Shown in pieces: positions 30,077 through 39,687 of a DNA stretch of 64,000 bases (position 1 is its first letter; each line of letters starts with the position of its first letter). The notes beneath the pieces are model-generated. The model made no database searches. It saw only the letters and a program-made list of their open reading frames with translations, and was not told the DNA's origin. This DNA comes from an uncultured Muribaculaceae bacterium (GTDB lineage Bacteria; Bacillota_I; Bacilli_A; RF39; UBA660). The stretch lies in NCBI GenBank assembly GCA_964473455.1, contig CAYYQX010000001.1, positions 133,380 through 197,379 of the forward strand, given 5' to 3'. The position numbers were made by a program, and so were the translations under genes.

Positions 30077-31792
30077 TTATTTTTCCTCCTTATATTTTTT
30101 TCTTTCTTGATATTTTGTATGAAGTAATTCTTCTGCTTTATTACTTCCTGGATAATCTAAATAATTATCATACAATTCATGTATATTTGGATTTTCATGA
30201 GCTTTTCTAATAACTTTATTTCCATCTTCATTTAATAACCCTTGCATTCTAAGGTTAATTACTTCTTCTGAATTATATTTACTAAAATCAATATATGGCT
30301 GTCCTCCACCATTGATGCATCCACCAGGGCATGCCATAAATTCAACGAAATCATAGTTTACTTCTTTATTTTTAATTTTTTTAAGTATTTCTTTAGCATT
30401 TTTAATACCGCTTACCGCAGCCACACTTATTTTTCTACCATTTACATTATAACACGCTTCCTTAACTCCTTTTAAACCTCTTACTTCATTAAATTCTATT
30501 TTTTCAAGAAGTTTTTTTGTCGATAGTTCTACAAGAGTTCTTAAAGCAGCTTCCATTACTCCTCCAGTCGAACCAAATATAATTGATGCACCTATTCCAA
30601 AGGGGTTATCATATTCTTCATCCGTTAAATTCGAAAAATTTATGTTTTTTTCTTTAATTAACCTAGCTAGTTCTCTAGTTGTCAAAACCGCATCTACTTC
30701 GTTATCTTTTGTTTTTTCAAACTTTTTGGCAATACAAGGCATGATCATTACTACAAATAGCTTTGAAGGATCAATGTTATTTTTTTTAGCGTAATATGTT
30801 TTTATAACAGAGCCTAACATTTGTTGAGGTGACTTACACGTAGATAAATTCTTAATCATGTCTGGGTGATAATACTCAACATATCTTACCCATCCCGGGC
30901 TGCAAGACGTAAACAAAGGTAAATTTTTGTTCTCTTTTATTCTGTCTACCAATTCTTTTGCTTCTTCCATAACAGTTAAATCAGCGCCAAAACTAACATC
31001 AAACACTTTATCAAAACCTAATTTTCTTAATGAAGCAATCATTTTTCCTTTAACATTTGTCCCTATTGGAAAATTAAACTCTTCACCTAGAGAAACACAA
31101 ATTGAAGGAGCGATACAAGCAATTACTTTTAAATCTTTGCTTAGTGCTTCTTTTACTGCCTTTGTGTCATCCTTTTCCATTAAAGCACCAGTTGGACAAA
31201 CTAAAACACATTGTCCACAACCAATACATGGAGAATCAACTAAATTATTATCAAAAGCACAACCTATATTTGTTTTAATTCCTCTTTTGTTTTTTCCTAT
31301 TACCTCAATGCTTTGAATATTTTTACATACTTCAACACATCTTCCACACAAAATACATTTATTTGAATCTCTTACTATATATGAGGTACTAGTATCTTTT
31401 TCTTTTAATCTGCCAATTTTCCCATATTTACCGTCAGTTATATGATATTCATCAAATAAGTGCTGCAAATTACATTTGGTGTTTTTTAAACAGTTTAAAC
31501 ATTCCCTGTTGTGATTCGACAAAAGAAGCTCTAAGTTTTCCTTTCTCGCATCTAATATTTTTTCTGTATTAGTAAATACTTCCATTCCTTCTTTAACAAA
31601 AGTTGAACACGCTGTGACTAGTTTTGGACTTCCCTTTACTTCTACCAAACACATTCTGCAAGAAGCATTATTGTTTATTCCTTTTAAATAACACAAATGA
31701 GGAATATTTATGCTTAATTTTTTAGCAACATCTAATACAGTTATATTGTCTTCTACTAAAACTTCTTTATCATCTATTTTTATATTAACCAT
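30077..31792 (-). CDS. hydA: [FeFe] hydrogenase catalytic subunit (HydA, trimeric/bifurcating type) with an atypical L1 motif
   Basis: N-terminal 2Fe-2S and 4Fe-4S ferredoxin-like Cys clusters. H-cluster motifs L2 MPCIAKKFE and L3 EFMACPGGCINGGGQP are present. L1 reads TSCSPGW rather than TSCCPxW. Confidence 0.8.
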   Translation of the reverse strand: MVNIKIDDKEVLVEDNITVLDVAKKLSINIPHLCYLKGINNNASCRMCLVEVKGSPKLVTACSTFVKEGMEVFTNTEKILDARKENLELLLSNHNRECLNCLKNTKCNLQHLFDEYHITDGKYGKIGRLKEKDTSTSYIVRDSNKCILCGRCVEVCKNIQSIEVIGKNKRGIKTNIGCAFDNNLVDSPCIGCGQCVLVCPTGALMEKDDTKAVKEALSKDLKVIACIAPSICVSLGEEFNFPIGTNVKGKMIASLRKLGFDKVFDVSFGADLTVMEEAKELVDRIKENKNLPLFTSCSPGWVRYVEYYHPDMIKNLSTCKSPQQMLGSVIKTYYAKKNNIDPSKLFVVMIMPCIAKKFEKTKDNEVDAVLTTRELARLIKEKNINFSNLTDEEYDNPFGIGASIIFGSTGGVMEAALRTLVELSTKKLLEKIEFNEVRGLKGVKEACYNVNGRKISVAAVSGIKNAKEILKKIKNKEVNYDFVEFMACPGGCINGGGQPYIDFSKYNSEEVINLRMQGLLNEDGNKVIRKAHENPNIHELYDNYLDYPGSNKAEELLHTKYQERKKYKEEK

Positions 31793-31794
31793 AC

Positions 31795-33552
31795 CTACTC
31801 CTTTTCTACAGCATTAAAGTTGCATGCAGAATAGCACGCACCACATTTAATACATTTCACATTATCTATTTCATATTTATTTTCTTTTATACTGATTGCG
31901 CCAACAGGACACCTTTTCGCGCACAAACCACATGCCCTACACATTTCTTTATTTATTTTATACATAATTAAACTTTTACACACTTTAGCTGGACATTTTT
32001 TATTATTAATGTGAGCCAAATATTCATCTTTAAAATATTTTAAAGTTGATAAAACAGGATTTGTAGCTGATGCACCAAGTCCACAAAAGGATGTTTCTTT
32101 TATATGATTTGATAAATCTTCTAGTGTTTTCAAGTCTTTTTCTTCCCCACTGCCACGCGTTATTCTATCTAATATTTCATATACTCTTTTTGTTCCTATT
32201 CGACAAGGTGTACATTTCCCACATGATTCTTCCACTGTAAACTCTAAGAAAAATTTAGAAATATCTACCATACAAGTGTCTTCATCCATTACGATAAGCC
32301 CACCCGATCCCATCATAGATCCTATACTTTTTAAATTGTCATAATCCATTGGAATATTAATCTCACTAGCTGGAATACATCCTCCTGATGGTCCTCCTGT
32401 TTGTGCTGCCTTAAATTGCTTATTATTGGCTATCCCACCACCAATTTCATAAATTATTTCTTTTAAGCTTGTTCCAATTGGGACTTCAACTAAACCTGTA
32501 TTTAGACTTTTCCCGCCTAGAGCAAAAACCTTCGTACCACTAGAACTACTTGTCCCAAAAGAGTTAAACCATTCTGAACCCTTCAAAATTATTTTAGGTA
32601 TATTGGCATATGTTTCAACATTGTTAAGTAAAGTTGGACTTTGGTACAACCCTTTATCTGTTGGATATGGAGGCCTATTTCTCGGTTCTCCTCTCTCTCC
32701 TTCAATTGAGGCCATTAAAGCCGTTTCTTCACCACACACAAAAGCTCCAGCTCCTAACCTTAAACTTAATTTAAAGTTAAAATTACTGTTTAATATATTG
32801 TCACCTAAATAGCCTTTGTTTTTTGCTTGTTCTAAAGCTACTTTTAGTCTTTTAACTGCTAGAGGGTATTCTTCTCTAACATAAATAAATCCTTCATTTG
32901 CTCCTACTGTATAGGCCGCAATAATCATTGCTTCAATTACTGAATGAGGGTCTCCTTCAAGGATTGCCCTATCCATAAAAGCTCCTGGATCTCCTTCATC
33001 TGCATTACAAACAACAAACTTTTTCTCACCAGTAGCCTTTTTAGCAAGTTCCCATTTTGTACCTGTTAAAAATCCTGCGCCACCTCTACCTCTTAGCTTA
33101 GAATTTTTCACTACAGTAACTATCTCATCTCTATCCATAGCTAAAGCTTTTTTTAGTGCTTCATAGTTACCATATTCGTTGATATTTTCTGGATCAATAT
33201 TTCCACATTTATCCAATACTATCCTTGTTTGTTTATTCAAAAACGGATCATTAGTAATATTATAATTTAAAGTTTTTACAGCTAGTTCTTCTATTACTTC
33301 GTTTCCTTTAATCGTTTTGTCTATTATTGATAAAACATTTTCTTCTTTGACATTAATGTAGGTTATCCTTTGATTATTTTTATATACTTCAACAATCGGT
33401 TCATATTTGCAGATGCCAATACAACCAACTTTTATAACAGAAACATTTAGCTCTTTTGTTTCTTCTAATAGTTTATTGTATATAATATCTGCTCCAGCAG
33501 CTATGCCACAAGAACCTAGGCCAACAGTTATTCTAATATTTTCCATAAACAC
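31795..33552 (-). CDS. hydB: NADH-binding flavoprotein subunit of the hydrogenase (NuoF-like, HydB) with extra ferredoxin-like Fe-S domains
   Basis: GGAGF FMN/NADH region and the cysteine motifs of the 51 kDa family. C-terminal CxxCxxCxxxCP pairs. Confidence 0.8.
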   Translation of the reverse strand: MFMENIRITVGLGSCGIAAGADIIYNKLLEETKELNVSVIKVGCIGICKYEPIVEVYKNNQRITYINVKEENVLSIIDKTIKGNEVIEELAVKTLNYNITNDPFLNKQTRIVLDKCGNIDPENINEYGNYEALKKALAMDRDEIVTVVKNSKLRGRGGAGFLTGTKWELAKKATGEKKFVVCNADEGDPGAFMDRAILEGDPHSVIEAMIIAAYTVGANEGFIYVREEYPLAVKRLKVALEQAKNKGYLGDNILNSNFNFKLSLRLGAGAFVCGEETALMASIEGERGEPRNRPPYPTDKGLYQSPTLLNNVETYANIPKIILKGSEWFNSFGTSSSSGTKVFALGGKSLNTGLVEVPIGTSLKEIIYEIGGGIANNKQFKAAQTGGPSGGCIPASEINIPMDYDNLKSIGSMMGSGGLIVMDEDTCMVDISKFFLEFTVEESCGKCTPCRIGTKRVYEILDRITRGSGEEKDLKTLEDLSNHIKETSFCGLGASATNPVLSTLKYFKDEYLAHINNKKCPAKVCKSLIMYKINKEMCRACGLCAKRCPVGAISIKENKYEIDNVKCIKCGACYSACNFNAVEKE

Positions 33553-33554
33553 CT

Positions 33555-33995
33555 CTAGTTATACTTTTCTAATATTTCTTTTACTTGTTTTTTGGTCACA
33601 AAACCATGAATATCTTCATTTATTTTTACAACTGGCGCCATAGAGCAACACCCCAAACACCTTGTCGTGTCTAGAGAAAACTTACCGTCCTTTGTACATT
33701 CTCCGTTTTTTATTCCTAAGATTTCTGTTATTTCACTAGCTATCTCTTCTGCTCCCTTGACATAACAAACTGTTCCTAAACAAATATTTATTTGGTATTT
33801 TCCTCGAACATTAAAATTAAAACCGTTATAAAAAGTTGCAGTACTGTAGATTTTTTCTAAAGAAATATCTAATCTTTCAGATAAATAAGAAAGCACTTCA
33901 AAAGATAAATAATTATATTTCTTTTGAATTGCTTGTAGCATTGATATAAGTGATTCACCGTTGTTTTCGATGATATTATTTATTTCTATTTCCAT
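33555..33995 (-). CDS. hydC: NuoE-like thioredoxin-fold 2Fe-2S subunit (HydC)
   Basis: CLGTVCY...CLGCCSMAPV 2Fe-2S motif. Confidence 0.75.
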   Translation of the reverse strand: MEIEINNIIENNGESLISMLQAIQKKYNYLSFEVLSYLSERLDISLEKIYSTATFYNGFNFNVRGKYQINICLGTVCYVKGAEEIASEITEILGIKNGECTKDGKFSLDTTRCLGCCSMAPVVKINEDIHGFVTKKQVKEILEKYN

Positions 33996-34086
33996 AAGTA
34001 CCCTCTATTCTTTTATTATTATATCAAAAAAATTGATACAAAAGTATCAATTTAATTATTAAAGTAAATTTATCTGTAAAGTTTTT

Positions 34087-34797
34087 TTAATCTTTTTGTC
34101 TGTGCTTTATTAGCATTTCTTTATCTTCCTTTGAAACTCTAAAGCTATCTCTACATTTACTTATTCCTTTATTAATTGTAAATTTATTTAATTTATGAGT
34201 CTTTAAAAATTCAATCGTCTTTTCTCTTCTTTTAATAAAACATTCACAAAATAACCAAGCATTCATCATATTAACATAGTAATGAGTTTCCTTATAAAAT
34301 TTGTTCATGATTGTATAAATTTTATCAAGATAACAATCTTTTTCTATGTACTTAAATAAGATACTTAATCCAAGCCTTCTAACAAAGGGTTTATCACTTT
34401 TTATATAAGTTAGAACAAGGTCAAAAAAAAGTTCTTCTCTATTCTCAACATCAAAAGACATTAAGTCACAATTTGCCCAGTTATCTATTTTGTTGGCATA
34501 ATCGTCTAAATATTTTTTCATAGTGGTAAAATCTTTTATTTGACATATTAAAAATCCATTTATAGCTTCGTTTTCATAATAGTCACTTAAGTTTAAATCT
34601 AAAAAAGACATAAAGTTTCCTTTAGATATTTCTTTTACGAGCTCTTTTATTTTTGGCGTAGCAATAGCTAAAACCCTTTTTTCAGTATTGATTATTCTTC
34701 TAGCCCACTCAACTTTATCTGGATTGCCAAGACTCTCTAAATATTTTATAAATTCTATTCCATCTTTTTTAGTCCAATTTTCTTTTTTAAGTTCCAC
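34087..34797 (-). CDS. DNA alkylation repair enzyme (AlkD/AlkC-like HEAT-repeat glycosylase family)
   Basis: Length, Trp pattern and KVEWARRII...ATPKIKEL resemble the AlkD family (pfam08713-like). Moderate similarity only. Confidence 0.45.
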   Translation of the reverse strand: MELKKENWTKKDGIEFIKYLESLGNPDKVEWARRIINTEKRVLAIATPKIKELVKEISKGNFMSFLDLNLSDYYENEAINGFLICQIKDFTTMKKYLDDYANKIDNWANCDLMSFDVENREELFFDLVLTYIKSDKPFVRRLGLSILFKYIEKDCYLDKIYTIMNKFYKETHYYVNMMNAWLFCECFIKRREKTIEFLKTHKLNKFTINKGISKCRDSFRVSKEDKEMLIKHRQKD

Positions 34798-34831
34798 ATT
34801 CTCACCTATCTACATTGTATCATTTTAAAAA

Positions 34832-35728
34832 CTAATTGTTTAATTTTTTTGACATAATAGCAATTAACTTTTTAACACTGTAATTAGGAATCTTTTTGTT
34901 CATTATAACAACACCAATAAATCTTTTTGGAACATGAGGTACAACTTCTATTTCATATAAAAAGTTTTTTTCTAATTCAATTTTAATAAATTCTTTTGTA
35001 GCATACCCAATTCCAAAACCCGCTCTAACTAAATCCATTATTAAATTATAACTTACTACCTCTAATTTTGGTTTTAAACAAACGTTATTGCTTTTTAAAT
35101 ATTTATTTAAATATACCCTAGTATTTGAAGGTTCTTTTTGGAAAAGCAAAGGAAAATTTTCTAAATCTTTTAAGTTTATTTTCCCTTTTGTCAAATTATA
35201 ATATTTTTTATTTCCAACGAAAATATCTTGTACATCTAAAACTGGTATTATTTTTAAATCTTTATCCTCATTCATTGGTAAATTTAAAATTAACATATCA
35301 AGATTTCCGTTTCGTAACTCTTTGATTAAAGTGTCAGTAAGATTGTTAACTATTTGAATGTCTATTTTTGGATACGTTTCGTGAAAAGTTTCCAAATACG
35401 GAATTAAAACGTGTCTACTAACTGTTGTTGATGCGCCGATTCTGATAATACCACTATCTAAATTTTTTAAATTAGTTATGGCATTTTCTCCGTTATTAAT
35501 ACTCTCAATTCCGCTTTTTACATATTCATATAATACTTTTCCTTCTTCTGTTAATGTTACGCCTCTTTTAGTTCTTATGAAGAGGCTAACCCCCATTTGT
35601 TCTTCTAGTTTTTTTATTTGAAAAGAAACTGCTGGTTGTGAGATAAAAAGGTTAACTGAAGCTAACGAGATACTACCACTGTTTGCTACTACATAAAAAA
35701 CATGATACAAATCCAAACTAACATTCAT
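34832..35728 (-). CDS. LysR family transcriptional regulator
   Basis: N-terminal wHTH (SISLASVNLFISQPAVSFQIKKLEEQMG) and a LysR substrate-binding domain. Confidence 0.8.
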   Translation of the reverse strand: MNVSLDLYHVFYVVANSGSISLASVNLFISQPAVSFQIKKLEEQMGVSLFIRTKRGVTLTEEGKVLYEYVKSGIESINNGENAITNLKNLDSGIIRIGASTTVSRHVLIPYLETFHETYPKIDIQIVNNLTDTLIKELRNGNLDMLILNLPMNEDKDLKIIPVLDVQDIFVGNKKYYNLTKGKINLKDLENFPLLFQKEPSNTRVYLNKYLKSNNVCLKPKLEVVSYNLIMDLVRAGFGIGYATKEFIKIELEKNFLYEIEVVPHVPKRFIGVVIMNKKIPNYSVKKLIAIMSKKLNN

Positions 35729-35795
35729 GTTATAAACACTCCTTATATCTAATATAAATAATATATATTATACTTATATCACAAATTGTCATATA

Positions 35796-36347
35796 ATGCA
35801 AATGGAGGGGAAAAATATGGCAAATTCAAAACAGTGGTGGGAAGTAGAAGACATAGCTACTATGACAGCGCTCATGGAAGAAGATCTTAAGCGTGATGCA
35901 GAAACTAAGAAAGTTGAAGTTTCACCAGAAACAGCTAGGCTTTTTTACGAACAAATAAAAGCCTTTGCTTTGTCAAAAGAGAATGTAAAATATTCAAAGG
36001 AATTATACGATATACGTGATTTATATATAAAGGAAGAAGAAAGAGCAGAATATTTTACTGAGGACGGCTATTTAGAATTTCAAAATGAAGAAGGACAAAC
36101 TGTTGCAATTAAATTTAGTCGTTTTCATGCACATAGATCTAACGGATATGGATGTTTAAATGGCAATCCTTGTCTCTTTGTAACTATTAGCATTATGGGT
36201 GAAACCATTTGGGAACTACACGTTAAACACGGCACTATGTATTATGAGGGATGGGCAACTGAAGACAAGCTTCCAAAGATGATTGATTCAGCACTTTTAA
36301 GTAACAATGAAGGTTATCAAAAAATCCTACAGCCTTATCATGCTTAA
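35796..36347 (+). CDS. Hypothetical protein (divergently transcribed from LysR)
   Basis: ORF only. Confidence 0.3.
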   Translation: MQMEGKNMANSKQWWEVEDIATMTALMEEDLKRDAETKKVEVSPETARLFYEQIKAFALSKENVKYSKELYDIRDLYIKEEERAEYFTEDGYLEFQNEEGQTVAIKFSRFHAHRSNGYGCLNGNPCLFVTISIMGETIWELHVKHGTMYYEGWATEDKLPKMIDSALLSNNEGYQKILQPYHA

Positions 36348-36379
36348 ATGAGTTTCTTAAATCTTAGTAAATAAAAACA

Positions 36380-36420
36380 TAATAAAAAAATAGTTTTGGT
36401 AATACCCTAACTATTTTTTA
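36380..36420. terminator. Putative bidirectional terminator (AAAATAGTT...AACTATTTT hairpin)
   Basis: Inverted repeat with T-runs between convergent genes. Confidence 0.35.
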
Positions 36421-36449
36421 TATTGGTTTTATTTTTCTGTATTTTTATT

Positions 36450-37106
36450 TTAATCCTTTAATATATATGGCATATCTTCCATCACTTTGTCTATATTAAA
36501 TCTTCCGTTACCTACTGGATAATAAACAGAATAAGTATCATAAATATCTTTATTAATTATCTTTTTAAACTTCTTTTTTCTTACTTGTGAGACGTTTATT
36601 TTTTCTTTTAAAAACAAACTGCTTACTTGATTTCCAAAACAAATTATTTTTTTTGGATTAACTATACTTATTTCTTCATCTAACAATGATAGATACTCTT
36701 TGAATTGCGAGTCTTTTAAAGGCCTGGCGTCTTTTTGTGTGCATTTACCTAAATTAGTTATGTATATACTTTTGCTTTTGACATGATTATAAATTATTTC
36801 AGCAAAGGAAGGTGTCCATTCAGAGTTTTTTAGCTTCTTAATTTCATCATAAATGTTATTATCAATTAATTTCAAATCATTTAAAATCTTCCAAATTGTT
36901 TTAGTACCTATCCAAGGACTTTTAATCCCCTTCCATTCTTTACTCGCAGCAATATTTTTGCCAGTTGGGTTCATAAATATTAAACACAACTCAGGATTTT
37001 TTGTTTCTCCACCGTTCAGTATGGCGTCTAGGTTCTTATCGCCGTATTTGTTTTGTAATTTTATATATTTTTTGTTTAACTCATTTAGTTCTTCGCTTTT
37101 TTTCAT
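36450..37106 (-). CDS. Uracil-DNA glycosylase superfamily-like protein (putative)
   Basis: FMNPTG resembles the GMNPGP/GINPGL motif of SMUG/MUG-type UDGs. The assignment is tentative. Start set at MKKSEEL; the upstream GTG extension is repeat sequence. Confidence 0.3.
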   Translation of the reverse strand: MKKSEELNELNKKYIKLQNKYGDKNLDAILNGGETKNPELCLIFMNPTGKNIAASKEWKGIKSPWIGTKTIWKILNDLKLIDNNIYDEIKKLKNSEWTPSFAEIIYNHVKSKSIYITNLGKCTQKDARPLKDSQFKEYLSLLDEEISIVNPKKIICFGNQVSSLFLKEKINVSQVRKKKFKKIINKDIYDTYSVYYPVGNGRFNIDKVMEDMPYILKD

Positions 37107-37121
37107 AATAACACCAATATA

Positions 37122-37242
37122 AATTATAACATAAAAAATGAGCACAAATAGTAAACCATTTATGCTCAGTAGACGAACTTAATAAATTAAATGCGTCTAG
37201 GTAGTACTATACGTTGTTAAAGTTTCTTTGTCAACCTTTTTT
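37122..37242. repeat. ~122 bp direct repeat, copy 1 (family 2), containing a compensated hairpin, a T-run and TGTTATAAT
   Basis: Near-identical to 38404-38527. Contains TGAGCACAAAT-N8-ATTTATGCTCA. Confidence 0.8.
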
Positions 37243-38371
37243 CCGAAACTTTTAAAACTTCTTTTATTATTTTTTTCAGTTGCGTAGCACTATCAATGTA
37301 TTCTTGAATAATTTGTTTAAAAAAATCGTCAACATTTATTTCAAACCTATGAGAAAATTTTCTTTTGCTAATTTCGGCTAAAAGCTCGTTGCTTAGTTTA
37401 TATCTATAATAATGTTCAAAGAAAGCTTCGGAATTCATTTTTTCTATAAAAGCACTTGTATTGTCGAATTGAATAGTAATGATGGCAAGATCATTTATCA
37501 TTTGATCTAAGCCTTCTACAAATTTTTCCAATGTTTCAGGACTGTTTTCAGCAATTTTCATAATAGTCGCTTTAATAAATGGCAACTCTTCTAACAATAT
37601 CTTATAACTGCCAACTAAAAGATTATGTGCTTCTATTTGATCCGGATAAATAAACATCAAAGAGTATTCTTGATCACTTGGTGGAACTACTCCTGTTATT
37701 CGATTATCTTTAGTTTTAAAATTGAAGTTTTCATAGTGAAAATTATGATTTCTAGTTAATAAAGAAAGCAAATACTGAAGCGCTAATTGGTTCATATATT
37801 CTTTATTGTCCAAAAAAATTTCTACATTAAACATAAAAAAGAAATTGTATATTGCCATTCCATAGTTAATATACTCATTTAAAATTGAAGGTTCTGCAAA
37901 ATCACAAGATAAGCTATACTTATAAATATCATCTTGTATACTGTTGACGTGGCAGCCGTTATGAAAGCAATAAATTACTAAATCATTAATAGGATTGTTT
38001 TTTGATAAATTATTTCTTAGATACTCCATCAAATTTAACGTTTTTTCGCCCTCTTCTAAATATGATGGAACAATAACACCTTTTTCATAGGCTTTGGGTT
38101 GCAATTCTGTTATTCCTTTACAAATGGCAAGCCTGTATTGAGGAGAGTTGGGTTCAAAATATGTTCTTGCAATATAAGAACTAAAAACTTCAGAAAAAGT
38201 AAACATAATTGTACTATTTGGTTTTGTTTTTGATAATGGTTTGAAAATATATTTTTTGCCATCAAAAATATAAAAAGGAAATTCTTTTTTTGATTGCCCG
38301 GCTGCTTTTGTATCAACAGAAATGTTCCCACTTCTATCCTTATAGTCTAATTCTGTTATAGTATCAAACAT
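37217..38371 (-). CDS. Hypothetical protein (gene flanked by family-2 direct repeats)
   Basis: ORF only. Start taken at MFDTITEL, because the upstream in-frame codons are repeat sequence. Confidence 0.3.
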   Translation of the reverse strand: MFDTITELDYKDRSGNISVDTKAAGQSKKEFPFYIFDGKKYIFKPLSKTKPNSTIMFTFSEVFSSYIARTYFEPNSPQYRLAICKGITELQPKAYEKGVIVPSYLEEGEKTLNLMEYLRNNLSKNNPINDLVIYCFHNGCHVNSIQDDIYKYSLSCDFAEPSILNEYINYGMAIYNFFFMFNVEIFLDNKEYMNQLALQYLLSLLTRNHNFHYENFNFKTKDNRITGVVPPSDQEYSLMFIYPDQIEAHNLLVGSYKILLEELPFIKATIMKIAENSPETLEKFVEGLDQMINDLAIITIQFDNTSAFIEKMNSEAFFEHYYRYKLSNELLAEISKRKFSHRFEINVDDFFKQIIQEYIDSATQLKKIIKEVLKVSEKRLTKKL

Positions 38372-38403
38372 ATTAAAATTTTCCACATTATTCCCCCTAA
38401 AAA

Positions 38404-38527
38404 AATTATAACATAAAAAAATGATCACAAATAGTAAACTATTTATGATCAGTAGACGAACTTAATAAATTAAATGCGTCTAGGTAGTACTATACGGCAT
38501 TAAAGATTCTTTGTCAATCTTTTTTTA
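38404..38527. repeat. ~122 bp direct repeat, copy 2 (family 2)
   Basis: Near-identical to 37122-37242. Its hairpin is TGATCACAAAT-N8-ATTTATGATCA, with compensatory changes relative to copy 1. Confidence 0.8.
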
Positions 38528-39089
38528 TGCTTTTTATATATTGATCTATTTCTTCTCTTTCACTTTGAAACAAAATAGGCAAAAAGCCTGCCACAATCGC
38601 ATCTTTATCTACATCAATTCTACTATACAAACCATTACTTAAATATCCTGTTATTCCTTGATCTTGTTTATTATTTACAACTCCTGTTATTGCTTCAATT
38701 ATTTTATTTAATGACCCTCCCTTTTGGGCAAAATCAAACATAGTTTGACTTATTCTTATACTAATTGATTTGCCAACAGATTTTTCACCTAGCAAATCTT
38801 CTATCGCACAATATGTAACTATAAAAGGTAATCCCATTTCGTCTAAAGCAAAGCCACCTTCAATGGAACAAAGATAATCATATTTTATATTATTATCAAT
38901 AGCCCGTTTTTTTAACTCTTGGTTTCTGTTATCTGCTCCTCTAATAATCTCACTATCTATTGGTTTACTACTAACACCAGAATCGACTTTAACAGTTATA
39001 ATCTCATATTCAACTATACCGAGTTTTTCTAGTGCTTTTTCAAGAGCTAATTTTTTGCCTGGATTTTCGCTTCCTAATAATATTTTCAT
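38514..39089 (-). CDS. Inosine/xanthosine triphosphatase (YjjX/DUF84 family, non-canonical NTP house-cleaning)
   Basis: VKVDSGVSSKPIDSEIIRGADNR parallels the E. coli YjjX region [26 protein letters not shown] (recalled from memory); ~190 aa. Confidence 0.5.
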   Translation of the reverse strand: MKILLGSENPGKKLALEKALEKLGIVEYEIITVKVDSGVSSKPIDSEIIRGADNRNQELKKRAIDNNIKYDYLCSIEGGFALDEMGLPFIVTYCAIEDLLGEKSVGKSISIRISQTMFDFAQKGGSLNKIIEAITGVVNNKQDQGITGYLSNGLYSRIDVDKDAIVAGFLPILFQSEREEIDQYIKSIKKD

Positions 39090-39177
39090 AAATTCACCTA
39101 CCAATAATTATTCCCTTTGAAGCACTATTATAACACAAAAAAACAATAAATATATTTTAAAATTAACACTTACTATA

Positions 39178-39206
39178 TTGATTTATTAAAAAGAGCATGC
39201 TACAAT
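39178..39206 (+). promoter_or_regulatory. Putative sigma-A promoter (TTGATT-17nt-TACAAT) for the MarR-ABC operon
   Basis: Near-consensus hexamers with 17 nt spacing, upstream of the AAAGGAGG RBS. Confidence 0.45.
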
Positions 39207-39236
39207 TGCAAGGTACCTTACAAAAGGAGGAAAAGT

Positions 39237-39673
39237 TGGAAAATACAAAATATATTGGATATGAAATAAAAGTATTAGACAATTTGATCGCAAGAAAAAT
39301 AATTTGTGAATCAAAATTAAAAGAAAAAAAATTGTTAAATCCTATACAAGGAAAAATACTACAATATTTATTTGAAAACTTTAATAAAGATGTGTATCAA
39401 AACGATATTGAAAAGCAGTTTAATTTTAGAAGATCAACCATTTCAGGGATACTACAAACAATGGAAAAAAATAAATTAATCATACGTACTAATTCAACAA
39501 AAGACGCCAGATCAAAGAAAATAGAACTGACTAATGAGAGTTTAGATATCGGGAAAGAAATAAAAAAAATAATCGCCAGATTTGACAAAACACTTAGAAA
39601 TGAAATTAGCCCAGAAGAACTAGATATATTTTTTAAAGTGATTAATAAAATAAAGAATAATATTACAAACTAG
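39237..39673 (+). CDS. MarR family transcriptional regulator (probable TTG start after AAAGGAGG)
   Basis: Winged-helix pattern RSTISGILQTMEKNKLIIRT...DARSKKIELT. The 5' end of the listed ORF overlaps the promoter. Confidence 0.5.
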
Positions 39674-39687
39674 GAAGGGAACAAAAT

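Noticed and set aside
36450-38428. Listed ORF starts for 36450..37145 (GTG, MLIFYVIIYIGVI) and 37217..38428 (MIIFLCYNFFRGNNVENFN)
   Set aside because: The extra N-terminal codons are translations of the family-2 repeat, which contains the hairpin/TATAAT. The real starts are the downstream ATGs, MKKSEEL and MFDTITEL.
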